Assembly (NCBI GenBank): GCA_964439145.1
Contig: CAYTNL010000017.1
Coordinates: forward strand, 13,102-77,101
Length of the DNA: 64,000 nt
DNA from: an uncultured Verrucomicrobiales bacterium
Lineage (GTDB): Bacteria; Verrucomicrobiota; Verrucomicrobiia; Verrucomicrobiales; DEV007
Direction of reading: 5' to 3'
Position 1 is the stretch's first letter. Each line of letters opens with the position of its first letter. Below are positions 16,306 through 26,185 of the stretch, piece by piece. The notes under the pieces were generated by a model. It had not been told where the DNA came from. It ran no database searches and worked only from the letters and a program-made list of their open reading frames with translations. A program made the translations under genes and the position numbers.

Positions 16306-18036
16306 ATGGCCCAGACGTTCCCCGCCCAACTCCAGGAAAAACTCCGCTCCGCGCTCGCCGCCACCAGCGTGGCCTCCGCTCTGCCCGAGGATTTCGAACC
16401 CGACGTGGCCCCGTCGACCAATCCGCAGTTCGGCGACTACCAGAGCAATGCCGCCATGGTGCTCGCCAAACGGGTGGGGACCAACCCGCGCGCGCTGGCC
16501 GCCGAGATCGTGGCCGCTCTCGATGCGGGCGACCTCTGCGAGCCGCCGGAGATCGCCGGTCCCGGCTTCATCAACTTCCGGATCACCCCGGCCAGGCTCG
16601 CCCGCGTGGTCACCGATCTGGTCGCCGATCCCGAACAGCTCGGCGTGCCGCGCACCGACGCGCCACGCACCATCGTGGTGGATTTCTCCGCGCCCAATGT
16701 GGCCAAGCCCATGCACGTGGGCCACATCCGCAGCACCATCATCGGCGACAGCCTCGCGCGGGTGGGTCGATTTCTGGGACACCGGGTCATCACCGACAAC
16801 CACATCGGCGACTGGGGCACCCAGTTCGGCATGATACTCTGGGGATGGAAACACCTCCTCGACGAGTCCGCTCTGGAAAGCGATCCTGTCGGCGAACTGC
16901 TCCGCATCTATCGCGAGGTCAACGCGAGGCAAAAGGAGGATGAAACCCTGCGGGACATCTGCAAGGCCGAGCTGGTGAAGCTGCAGGCCGGCGACAAGGA
17001 GAATCTCGCCATCTGGGAGCGCTGCGTGACCTTGTCGAAGCGGGGGCTGCAAAAGATCTACGAGGTGCTCGAGGTCGAGTTCGATCACTGGCTTGGGGAG
17101 AGTTTTTACAACGATGCCCTGGCCCCGCTGGTGGATGATCTGCTGGAGAAAGGCGTCGCCGAGGAATCCGAGGGCGCCATCTGCGTCTTTCTTCGCGACG
17201 ACGAAAAGCTGGCCGACAAGCCCTGCCTGATCCGAAAATCCGACGGCGGATTCCTCTACGCGACCACCGACCTGGCGACCATCGACTACCGGGTCGGGAC
17301 ACTCGGCGCGGACGCCATCTGGTATGTGGTCGGCGCGCCGCAGCAGCTGCATTTCGATCAGATCTTCGGGGTGGCGCGGCGGCGCGGTATCACCGCCGAC
17401 CTCCAGTTCATTCCCTTCGGCAGCATTCTGGGCGGGGATCGCAAGATGCTCCGCACCCGCTCCGGAGACACCGTGCAACTGGCCGATGTGCTCGCCGAGG
17501 CGGTGGAGCGCGCCCGGGTCATCATCGAGGAAAAAAATCCCGAGCTGCCCGACAGCGAGAAAGCCGACATCGCGCGTGTCATCGGCATCGGATCGGTGAA
17601 ATACGCCGAGCTGAGCCAGTTTCGGATGACCGATTACATCTTCGACTGGGACACCATGCTGGCGCTGAAAGGCAATACCGCCCCGTATCTCATCAACGCC
17701 TATGTGCGGACAAGGGCGATTTTCCGCAAGCTGGGCGAGGATTTCTCCGGCGTGGAAACGGTCGCGCTCGCCGAGCCCGCCGAAAAGGCCCTGGTGTTGA
17801 AACTGGCGCAATTCGCCGAGATCGTGCCCGGTATCCTCAACGACTTCCGTCCCAACGCGCTGGCTGCCTACCTGTATGAGCTGGCCACGACCTACCACGC
17901 CTTCTACGAGCACTGCCCCATCCTGAGTTCCGAAGGCGCGGTGCGCGAGACCCGGCTGGCCCTGTGCGAACTGACCGGCCGCGTCCTTGCCAAAGGCCTG
18001 GGCCTGTTGGGCATCGCTACGACGGAGCGGATGTGA
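16306..18036 (+). CDS. argS: Arginine--tRNA ligase
   Basis: ORF 16114..18036. ATG at 16306 gives MAQTFPAQLQ. SAPNVAKPMHVGHIRST (HIGH region) and the anticodon-binding C-terminus ending in M, typical of ArgRS. Confidence 0.9.
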   Translation: MAQTFPAQLQEKLRSALAATSVASALPEDFEPDVAPSTNPQFGDYQSNAAMVLAKRVGTNPRALAAEIVAALDAGDLCEPPEIAGPGFINFRITPARLARVVTDLVADPEQLGVPRTDAPRTIVVDFSAPNVAKPMHVGHIRSTIIGDSLARVGRFLGHRVITDNHIGDWGTQFGMILWGWKHLLDESALESDPVGELLRIYREVNARQKEDETLRDICKAELVKLQAGDKENLAIWERCVTLSKRGLQKIYEVLEVEFDHWLGESFYNDALAPLVDDLLEKGVAEESEGAICVFLRDDEKLADKPCLIRKSDGGFLYATTDLATIDYRVGTLGADAIWYVVGAPQQLHFDQIFGVARRRGITADLQFIPFGSILGGDRKMLRTRSGDTVQLADVLAEAVERARVIIEEKNPELPDSEKADIARVIGIGSVKYAELSQFRMTDYIFDWDTMLALKGNTAPYLINAYVRTRAIFRKLGEDFSGVETVALAEPAEKALVLKLAQFAEIVPGILNDFRPNALAAYLYELATTYHAFYEHCPILSSEGAVRETRLALCELTGRVLAKGLGLLGIATTERM

Positions 18037-18044
18037 CCGCCGCT

Positions 18045-20609
18045 TCAGTTGGCCACGATATTCACCAGGCGGCCCGGGACCACGATGACTTTGCGCACCG
18101 TGAGCCCTTGCAGAAAGGGCTGAACTTTTTCGCGCTCCAGAGCGAGTTTTTCCACCTCCTCCTTGGCCGCGTCTTTGCCGACCGTCACCTTGTCCCGGAC
18201 CTTGCCGTTGACCTGGATGACAATATCGATCTCGTCCTCGATCAGGCGGGACTCGTCGTATGCTGGCCATGCCTGACCGGCCAGCTCACCGCCGTCGATG
18301 GCCTCGGGAAACTTCTCCGCGAGGCGGGCGTGCAACTCTTCGCTGAGGTGCGGGGCGAAGGGGTTGAGCACCCGCAGCAGCAGATCGACGGCGCGCACCG
18401 GCACCCGCTCGAGGCCGGTGAGTTCGTTGGTGCAGACCATCATCTGCGCGATGGCGGTGTTGAAACTCATCGACTCGATGTCCTCGCCGACTTTCTTGAT
18501 CGTGGCGTGAACGACCTTGTCGGTGGCCTTGGTCGGCTCGATGTCGGCGACGGCTTCGCGCATCACCCAGTCTCCTTCCTGGTCGGTTTCATAGACCAGA
18601 CGCCACACCCGCGCGAGGAAGCGGAAAACGCCCTCGACGCCCTTCATCGACCACGGCTTCACCTGCTCCAGCGGTCCCATGAACATTTCGTAGAGCCGGA
18701 GCGCGTCGGCACCGTATTCCTCGACCACATCGTCGGGATTGACGACGTTGCCGCGCGACTTCGACATCTTCTGGCCGTCCTCCCCGAGGATGAGTCCCTG
18801 GTTCACCAGCTTCTGAAAAGGCTCGGGGGTGGAGACGTGGCCGAGATCGTGGAGGACCTTGTGCCAGAAACGCGCATACAGGAGGTGGAGCACGGCGTGC
18901 TCGGTGCCGCCTACGTAGAGATCGACGCCGCCGGGTTTTCCGTTCTTCGCGAGCCAGTAGTTCTCGGCTTCCTCACTGATGAAACGATCACCGTTCCCCG
19001 CGTCACAATAGCGGAGGTAATACCAGCACGATCCCGCCCACTGGGGCATGGTGTTGGTCTCGCGAGTGATGCCGTCGCCAAGTTCGTTCACCCAATCGGT
19101 CGCCTTGGAGAGAATCGGATCGGGCGTGCCGCTGGGTTTGTAGTCTTCGAGTTCGGGCGCGAGGAGCGGGAGATCATCCTCGGGAATGGCCTCGTGATTT
19201 CCGTCTTTCCAGATGATCGGGAACGGTTCGCCCCAGTAGCGCTGGCGGGAGAATAGCCAGTCGCGGAGCTTGAAGTTCACCGTCTTCTTGCCCAGTCCTT
19301 TCTCCTCGAGCCAGGCGATGATCTTCGCCTTCGCTTCGGGAGTGGAAAGGCCATCGAGGAAGCCGGAATTGATGGCGGTGCCGTTGCCGGTGAAGCAAGT
19401 GTCCTCGTTCCCTTCCGGCGCCTGGACGACTTCGATGATGGGAATCCCGAACTGGGTCGCGAATTCGTAGTCCCGTTCGTCATGCGCCGGCACCGCCATG
19501 ATGGCGCCGGTGCCGTAGCTCATCATCACGTAGTCGGCGATCCATACGGGGATCTCTTCACCGTTGACGGGATTGGTCGCGGTGCCGCCGGTGAAGACGC
19601 CCGTCTTTTCCTTGGCCAACTCGGTGCGTTCGAGGTCGGACTTACCGGCGCAGGCCTTACGGTAGGCCTCGACGGCGTCTTTCTGCCCGGCGGTGGTGAT
19701 CGTGTCCACCAGCGGATGCTCGGGCGCGAGCACCATGTAGGTGGCGCCGAAAAGAGTGTCGGGCCGGGTGGTGAACACGGTCACGGTTTCGCCGCCGATC
19801 CGGAAATCGACCTCGGCGCCTTCGCTGCGACCGATCCAGTTTTTCTGAAGCAACTTGATGCCCTCTGGCCAGTCGAGGCCTTCGAGTTCGTCGATGAGCC
19901 GCTGGGCGTAGGCGGTGATGCGAAGCATCCACTGCTTGAGTGGCCGGCGCTCGACGGTGTGGCCCTTCGAACGCCACTCCTCGACCTCCTCGTTGGCGAG
20001 CACGGTGCCGAGATCCGGGCACCAGTTGACCGGCGCCTCGGCCACGTAGGCGAGGCGCTTGGCGTCAATTTCCGCGCGGCTGAGACCCTTGGCTTCGAGT
20101 TCGCTGATCGGCCGGGCCTTCTGTGTTTCTTCGTCGAAATACGAGTGATAGAGCTGGAGGAAGATCCACTGGGTCCAGCGGACGTAGCCGGGATCGGTGG
20201 TGTTGACCTCGCGGTCCCAGTCGTAGGCGAACCCGAGCCGCTTCAGTTGGCGGCGGAAGTTGTTGATGTTGTTCTCCGTGTTGAGACGCGGGTGTTCGCC
20301 GGTCTTGCGGGCATGCTCCTCCGCAGGCAAGCCGAAGGCGTCCCAGCCCATGGGGTGAAGCACGTTGCAACCCCGCATCCGCTGGTAGCGTGTGATGATG
20401 TCGGTGGCGGTGTAGCCCTCCGGGTGTCCCACGTGCAGGCCCGCGCCGCTCGGGTAGGGAAACATGTCGAGTACGTAGTATTTGGGCTTCGAGGGATCGA
20501 AGCCCGGGTCGCCGGGATTGGGAACGGAGAAGGTTTTTTCCGTCTCCCAATGCGCCTGCCATTTCGGCTCGAACTCGTCGAAGGGGAATTGCTTGCGTCG
20601 CTGGGCCAT
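18045..20609 (-). CDS. leuS: Leucine--tRNA ligase
   Basis: ORF 18045..20939. ATG at 20609 gives [38 protein letters not shown] (HIGH) and QKMSKSRGN (KMSKS). Confidence 0.92.
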   Translation of the reverse strand: MAQRRKQFPFDEFEPKWQAHWETEKTFSVPNPGDPGFDPSKPKYYVLDMFPYPSGAGLHVGHPEGYTATDIITRYQRMRGCNVLHPMGWDAFGLPAEEHARKTGEHPRLNTENNINNFRRQLKRLGFAYDWDREVNTTDPGYVRWTQWIFLQLYHSYFDEETQKARPISELEAKGLSRAEIDAKRLAYVAEAPVNWCPDLGTVLANEEVEEWRSKGHTVERRPLKQWMLRITAYAQRLIDELEGLDWPEGIKLLQKNWIGRSEGAEVDFRIGGETVTVFTTRPDTLFGATYMVLAPEHPLVDTITTAGQKDAVEAYRKACAGKSDLERTELAKEKTGVFTGGTATNPVNGEEIPVWIADYVMMSYGTGAIMAVPAHDERDYEFATQFGIPIIEVVQAPEGNEDTCFTGNGTAINSGFLDGLSTPEAKAKIIAWLEEKGLGKKTVNFKLRDWLFSRQRYWGEPFPIIWKDGNHEAIPEDDLPLLAPELEDYKPSGTPDPILSKATDWVNELGDGITRETNTMPQWAGSCWYYLRYCDAGNGDRFISEEAENYWLAKNGKPGGVDLYVGGTEHAVLHLLYARFWHKVLHDLGHVSTPEPFQKLVNQGLILGEDGQKMSKSRGNVVNPDDVVEEYGADALRLYEMFMGPLEQVKPWSMKGVEGVFRFLARVWRLVYETDQEGDWVMREAVADIEPTKATDKVVHATIKKVGEDIESMSFNTAIAQMMVCTNELTGLERVPVRAVDLLLRVLNPFAPHLSEELHARLAEKFPEAIDGGELAGQAWPAYDESRLIEDEIDIVIQVNGKVRDKVTVGKDAAKEEVEKLALEREKVQPFLQGLTVRKVIVVPGRLVNIVAN

Positions 20610-20649
20610 GGTGGCGGGGAAATTACGGCGAAAGCCGGGTGCCGCAACC

Positions 20650-20698
20650 AGTGAAGAGGGTTGGGTCCGCGACCCAACAGGGTTGACCCAAACCGCGG
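20650..20698 (-). repeat. Recurrent ACCCTsT-hexamer motif, tandem dimer (TTGGGT-N16-TTCACT), 41 nt upstream of the leuS ATG
   Basis: Minus-strand reading is ccgcggtttgggtcaaccctgTTGGGTcgcggacccaaccctcTTCACT. Hexamers at 20672-20677 and 20650-20655; the spacer is exactly 16 nt. Confidence 0.6.
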
Positions 20699-20704
20699 GG
20701 ACTC

Positions 20705-21229
20705 TCAGGGCGTCTTGATCTCCCGCATCAGCTTCAGCACCATGATGAGCTGTCCGGAGTCGCCCCACTTGGGTCCGGCGATGAAGACGGGTTGGCGACG
20801 GAGGATGGCGTCGGATTTCAGGAGCACGTGGTCCTGCTGCCAGAGCTGCAGATGCACATGGACGCCGCCGGTCTTGTCGGGCTGGTTGCCGAGGGAGTCG
20901 ATCTTCAGGAAGAGCTGTTTCGAGGGCACGATCCAGCATTCGTATTCCTTGAAGATGGACTCGTGATTTTCCCCGATGAGACGGAAACTCGTGTGATCGG
21001 GAAAGGCTTTGCCGAGTTGGGAGAGCAGGTGTTTTTGAAACTCATCGGCGTCCTCGTCGCCGGGTCCCGATCCTTTCGCGAGATAGAGTCCGCACCAGAC
21101 ATCGCCGTCGCAGGGATGGGCGGCCGCGGCCGCTGGCTTCCCGGTCTCCGCGTCGTCGGCGCGGGTGCCGCCGACGGGAAGAAGCGCGACCGCGAGGGTG
21201 AGGGTGAGGAATCTGGGAAGTGCTTTCAA
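20705..21229 (-). CDS. Hypothetical secreted protein downstream of the ECF sigma/anti-sigma pair (probable TTG start)
   Basis: Only the C-terminal ~174 codons of ORF 20705..21814 look protein-like (signal-like [21 protein letters not shown], then a mixed-composition domain). Upstream of that the ORF is Arg/Pro-rich junk. The only in-frame start candidate before the signal is TTG at 21229. Confidence 0.45.
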   Translation of the reverse strand: MKALPRFLTLTLAVALLPVGGTRADDAETGKPAAAAAHPCDGDVWCGLYLAKGSGPGDEDADEFQKHLLSQLGKAFPDHTSFRLIGENHESIFKEYECWIVPSKQLFLKIDSLGNQPDKTGGVHVHLQLWQQDHVLLKSDAILRRQPVFIAGPKWGDSGQLIMVLKLMREIKTP

Positions 21230-21267
21230 ACGCGAGAGAGGTATGGGGAAGGTGGTGGCGCGGTCGG

Positions 21268-21909
21268 TCAGGAGCCCACGAGGACCGCGCCGGGCATCTG
21301 GTCGCTTTCGCCGGAGAGGACGGACACGGGGAGGCCGAGTTCGCGGGAATCGATCTGGAAAAGCACCCGGTCCAGGGTCTGAGGAAGGCTGAGCGCGGGG
21401 GCGTTCGCCGGGAGGTCCGGCGCCCCGATGAGCTGGATGATGGTGGCTTCGGCGCCGGGATGGTAGGAGGTGACGACGGAGACTTCGGGATTGGGCGTGT
21501 AGGTGCTGACGACTTCGGAGCGGTCGGCGGGACTCTGGTTCAGGACAAAGGCGACGAGGGCGCCGAAGGTGACGACGAATCCGGCCGCGGATAGCCAGCG
21601 GAGGCGTTGAAACAGGGGCGCGCGGTAGGCGCCCTCCTCCTCGACGACGACGGGCGGGTGGCGCTCCGGGGCCTCGTCGCTGAAGATGTCGCCCTCGATC
21701 CGGCGACGGATCTGGTGATGGAAAAAGTCGACGTAGGGCAGCTCGCGCTCCAGGGTCACGGCGTCGCGCAACTGCTCGCCGAGGGCGAGGGCGGTGTCGC
21801 GTTGGTCCCGCCATTCCGGATGCTCGGCGAGCAGACGAGCGGCTTGCTCCTCGGAGAGTTCGCCGTCGATCCAGCGGGTCAGGTCGGATTCCTCGTTCGT
21901 CAGGTTCAT
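21268..21909 (-). CDS. Putative anti-sigma factor (single-pass membrane protein)
   Basis: ATG at 21909 within ORF 21268..22425. N-terminal MNLTNEESDLTRWIDGELSEEQAARLLAE resembles anti-sigma N-terminal helices. One TM (WLSAAGFVVTFGALVAFVL). Located directly downstream of the ECF sigma gene. Confidence 0.5.
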   Translation of the reverse strand: MNLTNEESDLTRWIDGELSEEQAARLLAEHPEWRDQRDTALALGEQLRDAVTLERELPYVDFFHHQIRRRIEGDIFSDEAPERHPPVVVEEEGAYRAPLFQRLRWLSAAGFVVTFGALVAFVLNQSPADRSEVVSTYTPNPEVSVVTSYHPGAEATIIQLIGAPDLPANAPALSLPQTLDRVLFQIDSRELGLPVSVLSGESDQMPGAVLVGS

Positions 21910-21998
21910 GTCTTCGTCGGGTTTCGGAGAGAGGGGGATGGAAGGGAAGGAAACACGTCCGCGAGTGGGGCTCAGGGACGGATGTTCGTACTGGCGAT

Positions 21999-22667
21999 TC
22001 AGGCGCGGGTGCGCTCTCGGGTGTTTTCCAGCAGTTGTTGGAGGTTTTTGCGGGCGTAGAACAGGCGGGACATCACCGTGCCGGTGGAGCAGTCCATGCG
22101 CTCGGCGATTTCCTCGTATTTGAGGCCTTCCACTTCGCGCAGCAGGATGGTTTCGCGGTGCTCGGGCGAGAGTTTTTCCAGGGCGGCCTGGATTTCGAGG
22201 CGGAGATCGTGGCGCTCGGCCTGTTCGTCGGGTGTCTCGCTGGCCCTGGGCACGGTGGGGGCGTTCTCCGCGGTGGGATCGCCGCCGAGGAAGGTTTCGT
22301 CGAACTCGCGGGTATCGACCACGTTGGCCTTTTTGCGCAACCAGTCGTAGACGACGTTGTGCGAGATGCGGTAGAGCCAGGTGTAGAAGGCGCTTTTCCC
22401 TTTGAATTTCGGCAGCGCTCGCCATGCCTTCACGAAGGCGTCCTGGGCGAGATCCCAGGCGTCGGCTTCGTTCTGAACGAGGTGATAGATCATGGCGAAT
22501 ATCTTTCCGCGATAGCGAGTGACCAACTGGTCAAAGGCTTGCGAGTCTCCTTGTTGCGCCCGTGCCACCAGGGCGGCGTCATCCGGCCCTTCATCCGACT
22601 CCGGAGCGGGCGACGCCGGGCGCGACGATGCTTCGGAGGGCTTGGACGTTGTCTCTTCGGATTTCAT
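21999..22667 (-). CDS. RNA polymerase sigma factor, ECF (sigma-70 group 4) family
   Basis: Region 2 (AFDQLVTRYRGKIFAMIYHLVQNEADAWDLAQDAFVKAW) and region 4 (REVEGLKYEEIAERMDCSTGTVMSRLFYARKNL). Confidence 0.85.
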   Translation of the reverse strand: MKSEETTSKPSEASSRPASPAPESDEGPDDAALVARAQQGDSQAFDQLVTRYRGKIFAMIYHLVQNEADAWDLAQDAFVKAWRALPKFKGKSAFYTWLYRISHNVVYDWLRKKANVVDTREFDETFLGGDPTAENAPTVPRASETPDEQAERHDLRLEIQAALEKLSPEHRETILLREVEGLKYEEIAERMDCSTGTVMSRLFYARKNLQQLLENTRERTRA

Positions 22668-22748
22668 TCAGCACTGGTGGGGAGAAAGTGGCGCCTCGGC
22701 GGGAACCCGTCGACCGCGTGGCTCCCCGATACGGCCGCGGGTGCCGAT

Positions 22749-23819
22749 TCACGCTTTGCGGATCACGATTTCCACCCGCCGGTTGAGCGCCTGATCCTCG
22801 ACGGTACCGGCGGGATCGACGAGGGGCTTTTTTTTGCCGAGACCCATGACCTTGATGTTGTCGGTCTCGATCTGGAGACGCTCCACCAGCCAGTTCCTGA
22901 CGGCGACCGCGCGTTTCATGCTCAGGTCGAGGTTGTATTCGTCGTCGCCGAAGCTGTCGGTGTGGCCTTCGATGATGAATTGGGCCTCGGGGTTGGTCTG
23001 GACGATGAATGCCAGCTTCATCATGCTGAGCCGGGCACCTTCCTTGAGGGTGTGTTCGTTGTAGTCGAACAGGATGTCGGTGGGCATGAGGATTTTTTCT
23101 TCACCGGGGGGGAGATCGCCACCGGTGGCGCCGATGAGGCCGTCGAGCGAGCTGTAGCCCTCCATGAATTTCTCCGCGCCAGTGCCAAAGGCCTTGGAGG
23201 CGGCGTCGCGAAAAAAGGAATCGGTGTCGACTCCGGTGGTGAGGTCGTCCTGATTGAGCGCCATCACGGTCTGGTCGCTGGCGGCGACGGAGGACTCGAG
23301 GAGTTTTTCGCGCATGTCCTTGAGATCGCCGCGGAGGACTTCGCCGGCGGAGATGTCGATACTGGTCGCGATGCTCTCGAGCGCCTGTTTCGGCACCTGG
23401 GGACGCTCGTTGGTAAACAGCTTGGCGGTGTCGACCTCGGGGGTCAGTTTTACTTCCTTGTCCAGGGCCCGCTCCATGAGGTCGAACTCGTCGAGCGACT
23501 GATCCACCAGCGGCAGATCGCTCATTTTCGCCGGCTCCACGGGTTCGGGCTTGGCGACGGGTTCGGGCTTGGCGAGCAGGGCGTCGAGTTTTTCGCGATC
23601 GATCGTCATCTGCTTGCGCTGGTTGCGCCAGGCGATGGCGTCTGCTTCCTCGGGTCCCTCGAGCCATTCCACCTTGCCGAGCGCCATGTAGAGGGCGACA
23701 TGGAGGATCACCGAGATGAGCAGGGCGAGCAGGATCCACCAGCCGAGATTCCGGGTCGTCTCGATCTTGAAACTTGGCGGCTGACTCGAGATCGATTGCC
23801 AGTTGTAGGAGGGTTCCAT
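22749..23819 (-). CDS. OmpA/MotB-family peptidoglycan-binding protein with N-terminal TM
   Basis: C-terminal OmpA-like domain (IEGHTDSFGDDEYNLDLSMKRAVAVRNWL...NRRVEIVI). TM WWILLALLISVILHVALYMAL. The start is uncertain: ATG 23819 or 23882. Confidence 0.75.
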   Translation of the reverse strand: MEPSYNWQSISSQPPSFKIETTRNLGWWILLALLISVILHVALYMALGKVEWLEGPEEADAIAWRNQRKQMTIDREKLDALLAKPEPVAKPEPVEPAKMSDLPLVDQSLDEFDLMERALDKEVKLTPEVDTAKLFTNERPQVPKQALESIATSIDISAGEVLRGDLKDMREKLLESSVAASDQTVMALNQDDLTTGVDTDSFFRDAASKAFGTGAEKFMEGYSSLDGLIGATGGDLPPGEEKILMPTDILFDYNEHTLKEGARLSMMKLAFIVQTNPEAQFIIEGHTDSFGDDEYNLDLSMKRAVAVRNWLVERLQIETDNIKVMGLGKKKPLVDPAGTVEDQALNRRVEIVIRKA

Positions 23820-23859
23820 GGTGGCGGACGGGGTGGACTGACCGGGACGGCAGAGTTTA

Positions 23860-25119
23860 TCACGGATTTCCCGAGTGGGCAAAGTCCGCGATGGCTTCGC
23901 CGGCGAGGCGACCGGTGGTCCAGGCGGCCTGGAAATTGAATCCTCCGGTGACGCCGTCGATGTCGAGCACTTCCCCGGCGAACCACAGTCCCGGCGCGAG
24001 CCGACTCTCCATGGTGCGAAAGTCGACTTCCCTCAGATTCACGCCCCCGCAGGTGACGAATTCGTCCTTGTGGGTGCTCTTGCCGGTGACGCGGAACACC
24101 GAACCCGCGAGCGATTCGGCCAGCGCCTGGATTTCCTCTCGGGTCAGGTTCGCCCAGCGCCGGTCGTCCTCGATACCGGCATGCGCCACCAGTCGCTGCC
24201 ACAGACGCGCGGGGATACCGAATCCCGGCCTGCCCGACACCGTGGCGCGCGCTTTTTCCTCCCGGCCGTCCCGCAGCACGGCGGAGACGTCGGACACCGA
24301 TCCCAGGCCGGTCCAGTCCACCGACGCCTCGAAGCGGTAGTCCCGTGCTTGCAGATCCCGCGCGCCCCAGGCGGAGATTTTGAGAATGCCCGGGCCGCTC
24401 AGTCCCCAATGCGTGATCAGTACCGGGCCGCGCTCGCGCAGTCGGGTGCCCGGCACTGAGACGATGGCGTCGGCCACCGAGACACCGGCCAGATCGGTCA
24501 GACGGGCGTCACCAGGTATCTTGAAAGTGAAGAGCGACGGCGCCGCGGCCTCGATCCGATGACCCGCCGCCGCCGCGATCCGGGCACCGATGCCCGAGCG
24601 GATGCCGCCCGTCGCCACCAGCAGCGCCCGCGTAGTCAAGGCCGTGGCGTCCGCCAGCTCCACCCGCCAGTTCGGGCCATCGGGAGCCGCCCCGCTCACC
24701 TCTCTCCGCGTCCACACCCGCACCCCGGCGTTCCGGGCCGCTTCGAGGAGGCAATCGACGATGCTCCGCGAGTCATCCGTCACCGGGAACATGCGGCCGT
24801 CGTCCTCCGTTTTCAGCCGCACGCCCCGGCTCTCGAACCAGTCCACCGTTTCCCCCGGTCCCCAGCGATGGAAGGCGCCGATGAGGCTCTTCCCGCCGCG
24901 CGGGTAACGTGTCACCAGTTCCCGGGGATCGTGGCAGGCATGCGTCACGTTGCAGCGTCCCCCGCCGGAGATCCGCACCTTGGCCAGCACCTCGGGAGCT
25001 TTTTCCAGGATCACCACCCGCAGCCCGGGCGCGGCCTCCGCCGCCGTGATGGCGCCGAAAAATCCCGCCGCGCCGCCACCGATGACGACGAGGTCGAATG
25101 ATGACTCATCTCCCGGCAT
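23860..25119 (-). CDS. FAD-dependent oxidoreductase, HI0933/BaiN-like (aminoacetone oxidase family)
   Basis: N-terminal dinucleotide motif DLVVIGGGAAGFFGA. RISGGGRCNVTH and C-terminal FAGEVLDIDGVTGGFNFQAAWTTG are characteristic of the HI0933-like family. Confidence 0.8.
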   Translation of the reverse strand: MPGDESSFDLVVIGGGAAGFFGAITAAEAAPGLRVVILEKAPEVLAKVRISGGGRCNVTHACHDPRELVTRYPRGGKSLIGAFHRWGPGETVDWFESRGVRLKTEDDGRMFPVTDDSRSIVDCLLEAARNAGVRVWTRREVSGAAPDGPNWRVELADATALTTRALLVATGGIRSGIGARIAAAAGHRIEAAAPSLFTFKIPGDARLTDLAGVSVADAIVSVPGTRLRERGPVLITHWGLSGPGILKISAWGARDLQARDYRFEASVDWTGLGSVSDVSAVLRDGREEKARATVSGRPGFGIPARLWQRLVAHAGIEDDRRWANLTREEIQALAESLAGSVFRVTGKSTHKDEFVTCGGVNLREVDFRTMESRLAPGLWFAGEVLDIDGVTGGFNFQAAWTTGRLAGEAIADFAHSGNP

Positions 25120-26158
25120 GCGCTGGCCCCTTTCCAGTTTGGAAACGCCATTCGCACCAGGCGAAAAAAGCCAGCCACAGCCCCGCGACCACCCCCATCA
25201 CCGCCACCAGGACCGTGGTCGAGTCGCTCATCAGCCGCGCGCCGAGCACCAGCAAGCCGCCAGCCACCTGAATCGTCAGCTCGCTGGCCGTGACCCGGAG
25301 ATGTGACCATCCCGAGCGGATCGCCCGATGAAAGAAAAACTCCCGGTGCCGGTCGTAGATCCGTTTCCCCCCCCACAGCCGTCGCGCCAGGGTGAGGCCG
25401 GTGTCGAGTACCGGGCCGAGGTGGAGGGACGCGAGGCAGAGCCCCGTGGTCAGGTCGATCTCCAGGGCGGCGATGACCGCGATGGCCGCCATGAGGAAGC
25501 CTGTCGCGATGCTGCCGACATCCCCCAGGAACAGCCGGGCGCGGGGCAGATTGTGCCCGAGGAATCCCAGCATCGCTCCCCCGAGCGTCAGTTGCAGAGA
25601 GATCAGGCCCTCCGGCTCCGGCGTTCCCAGCGCGCAGAAAGCCGCTCCGAATCCCAGCGCGGTGACGGCCTGGGTTCCGGCCAGCCCGTCGATGCCATCG
25701 ATGAAATTGAAGGCGTTCGCGTAACCCGCCACCCAGAGCCAGAGCAGAAAAGCCACCAGCCAGGCCGGCGCCCAAGCGGGCACGGCGTCGATCCGGAACA
25801 ACTGCCAGACAAAGGCTGCCGCCGCGACGGTGTAAACCACAAACCTCAGCCGGCGCGAACGCGAGCGGATGTCGTCGAGAAAGGACACGATCGCCACCGC
25901 CGCCACCCCCACCGCTAGGAAGTCGAGACCCGGCGCCGCCGCGTGCGATCCGCAAAAATACCAGCCGAAAAAAGCGATCACCACCAGCAGCCCGCCTCCC
26001 CGGGGCACCGGCCGGGCGTGGCTGGAGTGGGCGCGCGGCCTGTCCATCACCCCCGCCGTCACCAGCGCGCGCCGCAGCCCGAAGCCCGCCAGCCAGGCGG
26101 CCAGCGCGATCACGACGAAGAGGGATACGGCATCAAAGAGGGTCAAGTCCGGGAGCAA
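25106..26158 (-). CDS. Polyprenyl-phosphate hexosamine-1-phosphate transferase (WecA/MraY superfamily)
   Basis: Polytopic membrane protein with NAFNFIDGIDGLAG and VMDRPRAHSSHARPVPRGGG motifs. The listed start is TTG 26158, which lies inside a copy of the recurrent motif. GTG 26113 is an alternative start. Confidence 0.8.
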   Translation of the reverse strand: MLPDLTLFDAVSLFVVIALAAWLAGFGLRRALVTAGVMDRPRAHSSHARPVPRGGGLLVVIAFFGWYFCGSHAAAPGLDFLAVGVAAVAIVSFLDDIRSRSRRLRFVVYTVAAAAFVWQLFRIDAVPAWAPAWLVAFLLWLWVAGYANAFNFIDGIDGLAGTQAVTALGFGAAFCALGTPEPEGLISLQLTLGGAMLGFLGHNLPRARLFLGDVGSIATGFLMAAIAVIAALEIDLTTGLCLASLHLGPVLDTGLTLARRLWGGKRIYDRHREFFFHRAIRSGWSHLRVTASELTIQVAGGLLVLGARLMSDSTTVLVAVMGVVAGLWLAFFAWCEWRFQTGKGPAHAGR

Positions 26159-26174
26159 AGAGGGTTGGGTCTCC
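26131..26174 (-). repeat. Recurrent ACCCTsT-hexamer motif, tandem dimer (TTTGCT-N16-TTTGAT) between the GT2 stop and the wecA-like 5' end
   Basis: Minus-strand reading is ggagacccaaccctcTTTGCTcccggacttgaccctcTTTGATg. Hexamers at 26154-26159 and 26132-26137, spacer 16 nt. Confidence 0.6.
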
Positions 26175-26185
26175 GCATCCGTCCC

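Noticed and set aside
15700-18270. 856-aa ORF on the minus strand
   Set aside because: It lies antisense to argS and overlaps trpS. The translation is Arg/Gly/Pro/His-rich with no recognisable motifs. This is a typical shadow ORF in high-GC DNA, and the argS and trpS readings carry canonical class I synthetase motifs.
21230-21814. Upstream 195 codons of ORF 20705..21814
   Set aside because: It is almost pure Arg/Pro/Ala/Gly and overlaps the anti-sigma gene in another frame. Only the C-terminal part, from the signal-like segment onward, looks real.
22035-23939. 634-aa ORF on the plus strand
   Set aside because: It is antisense to the ECF sigma and OmpA-family genes, which have clear domain signatures. 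The composition (G/V/E/L/F repeats) is not protein-like.
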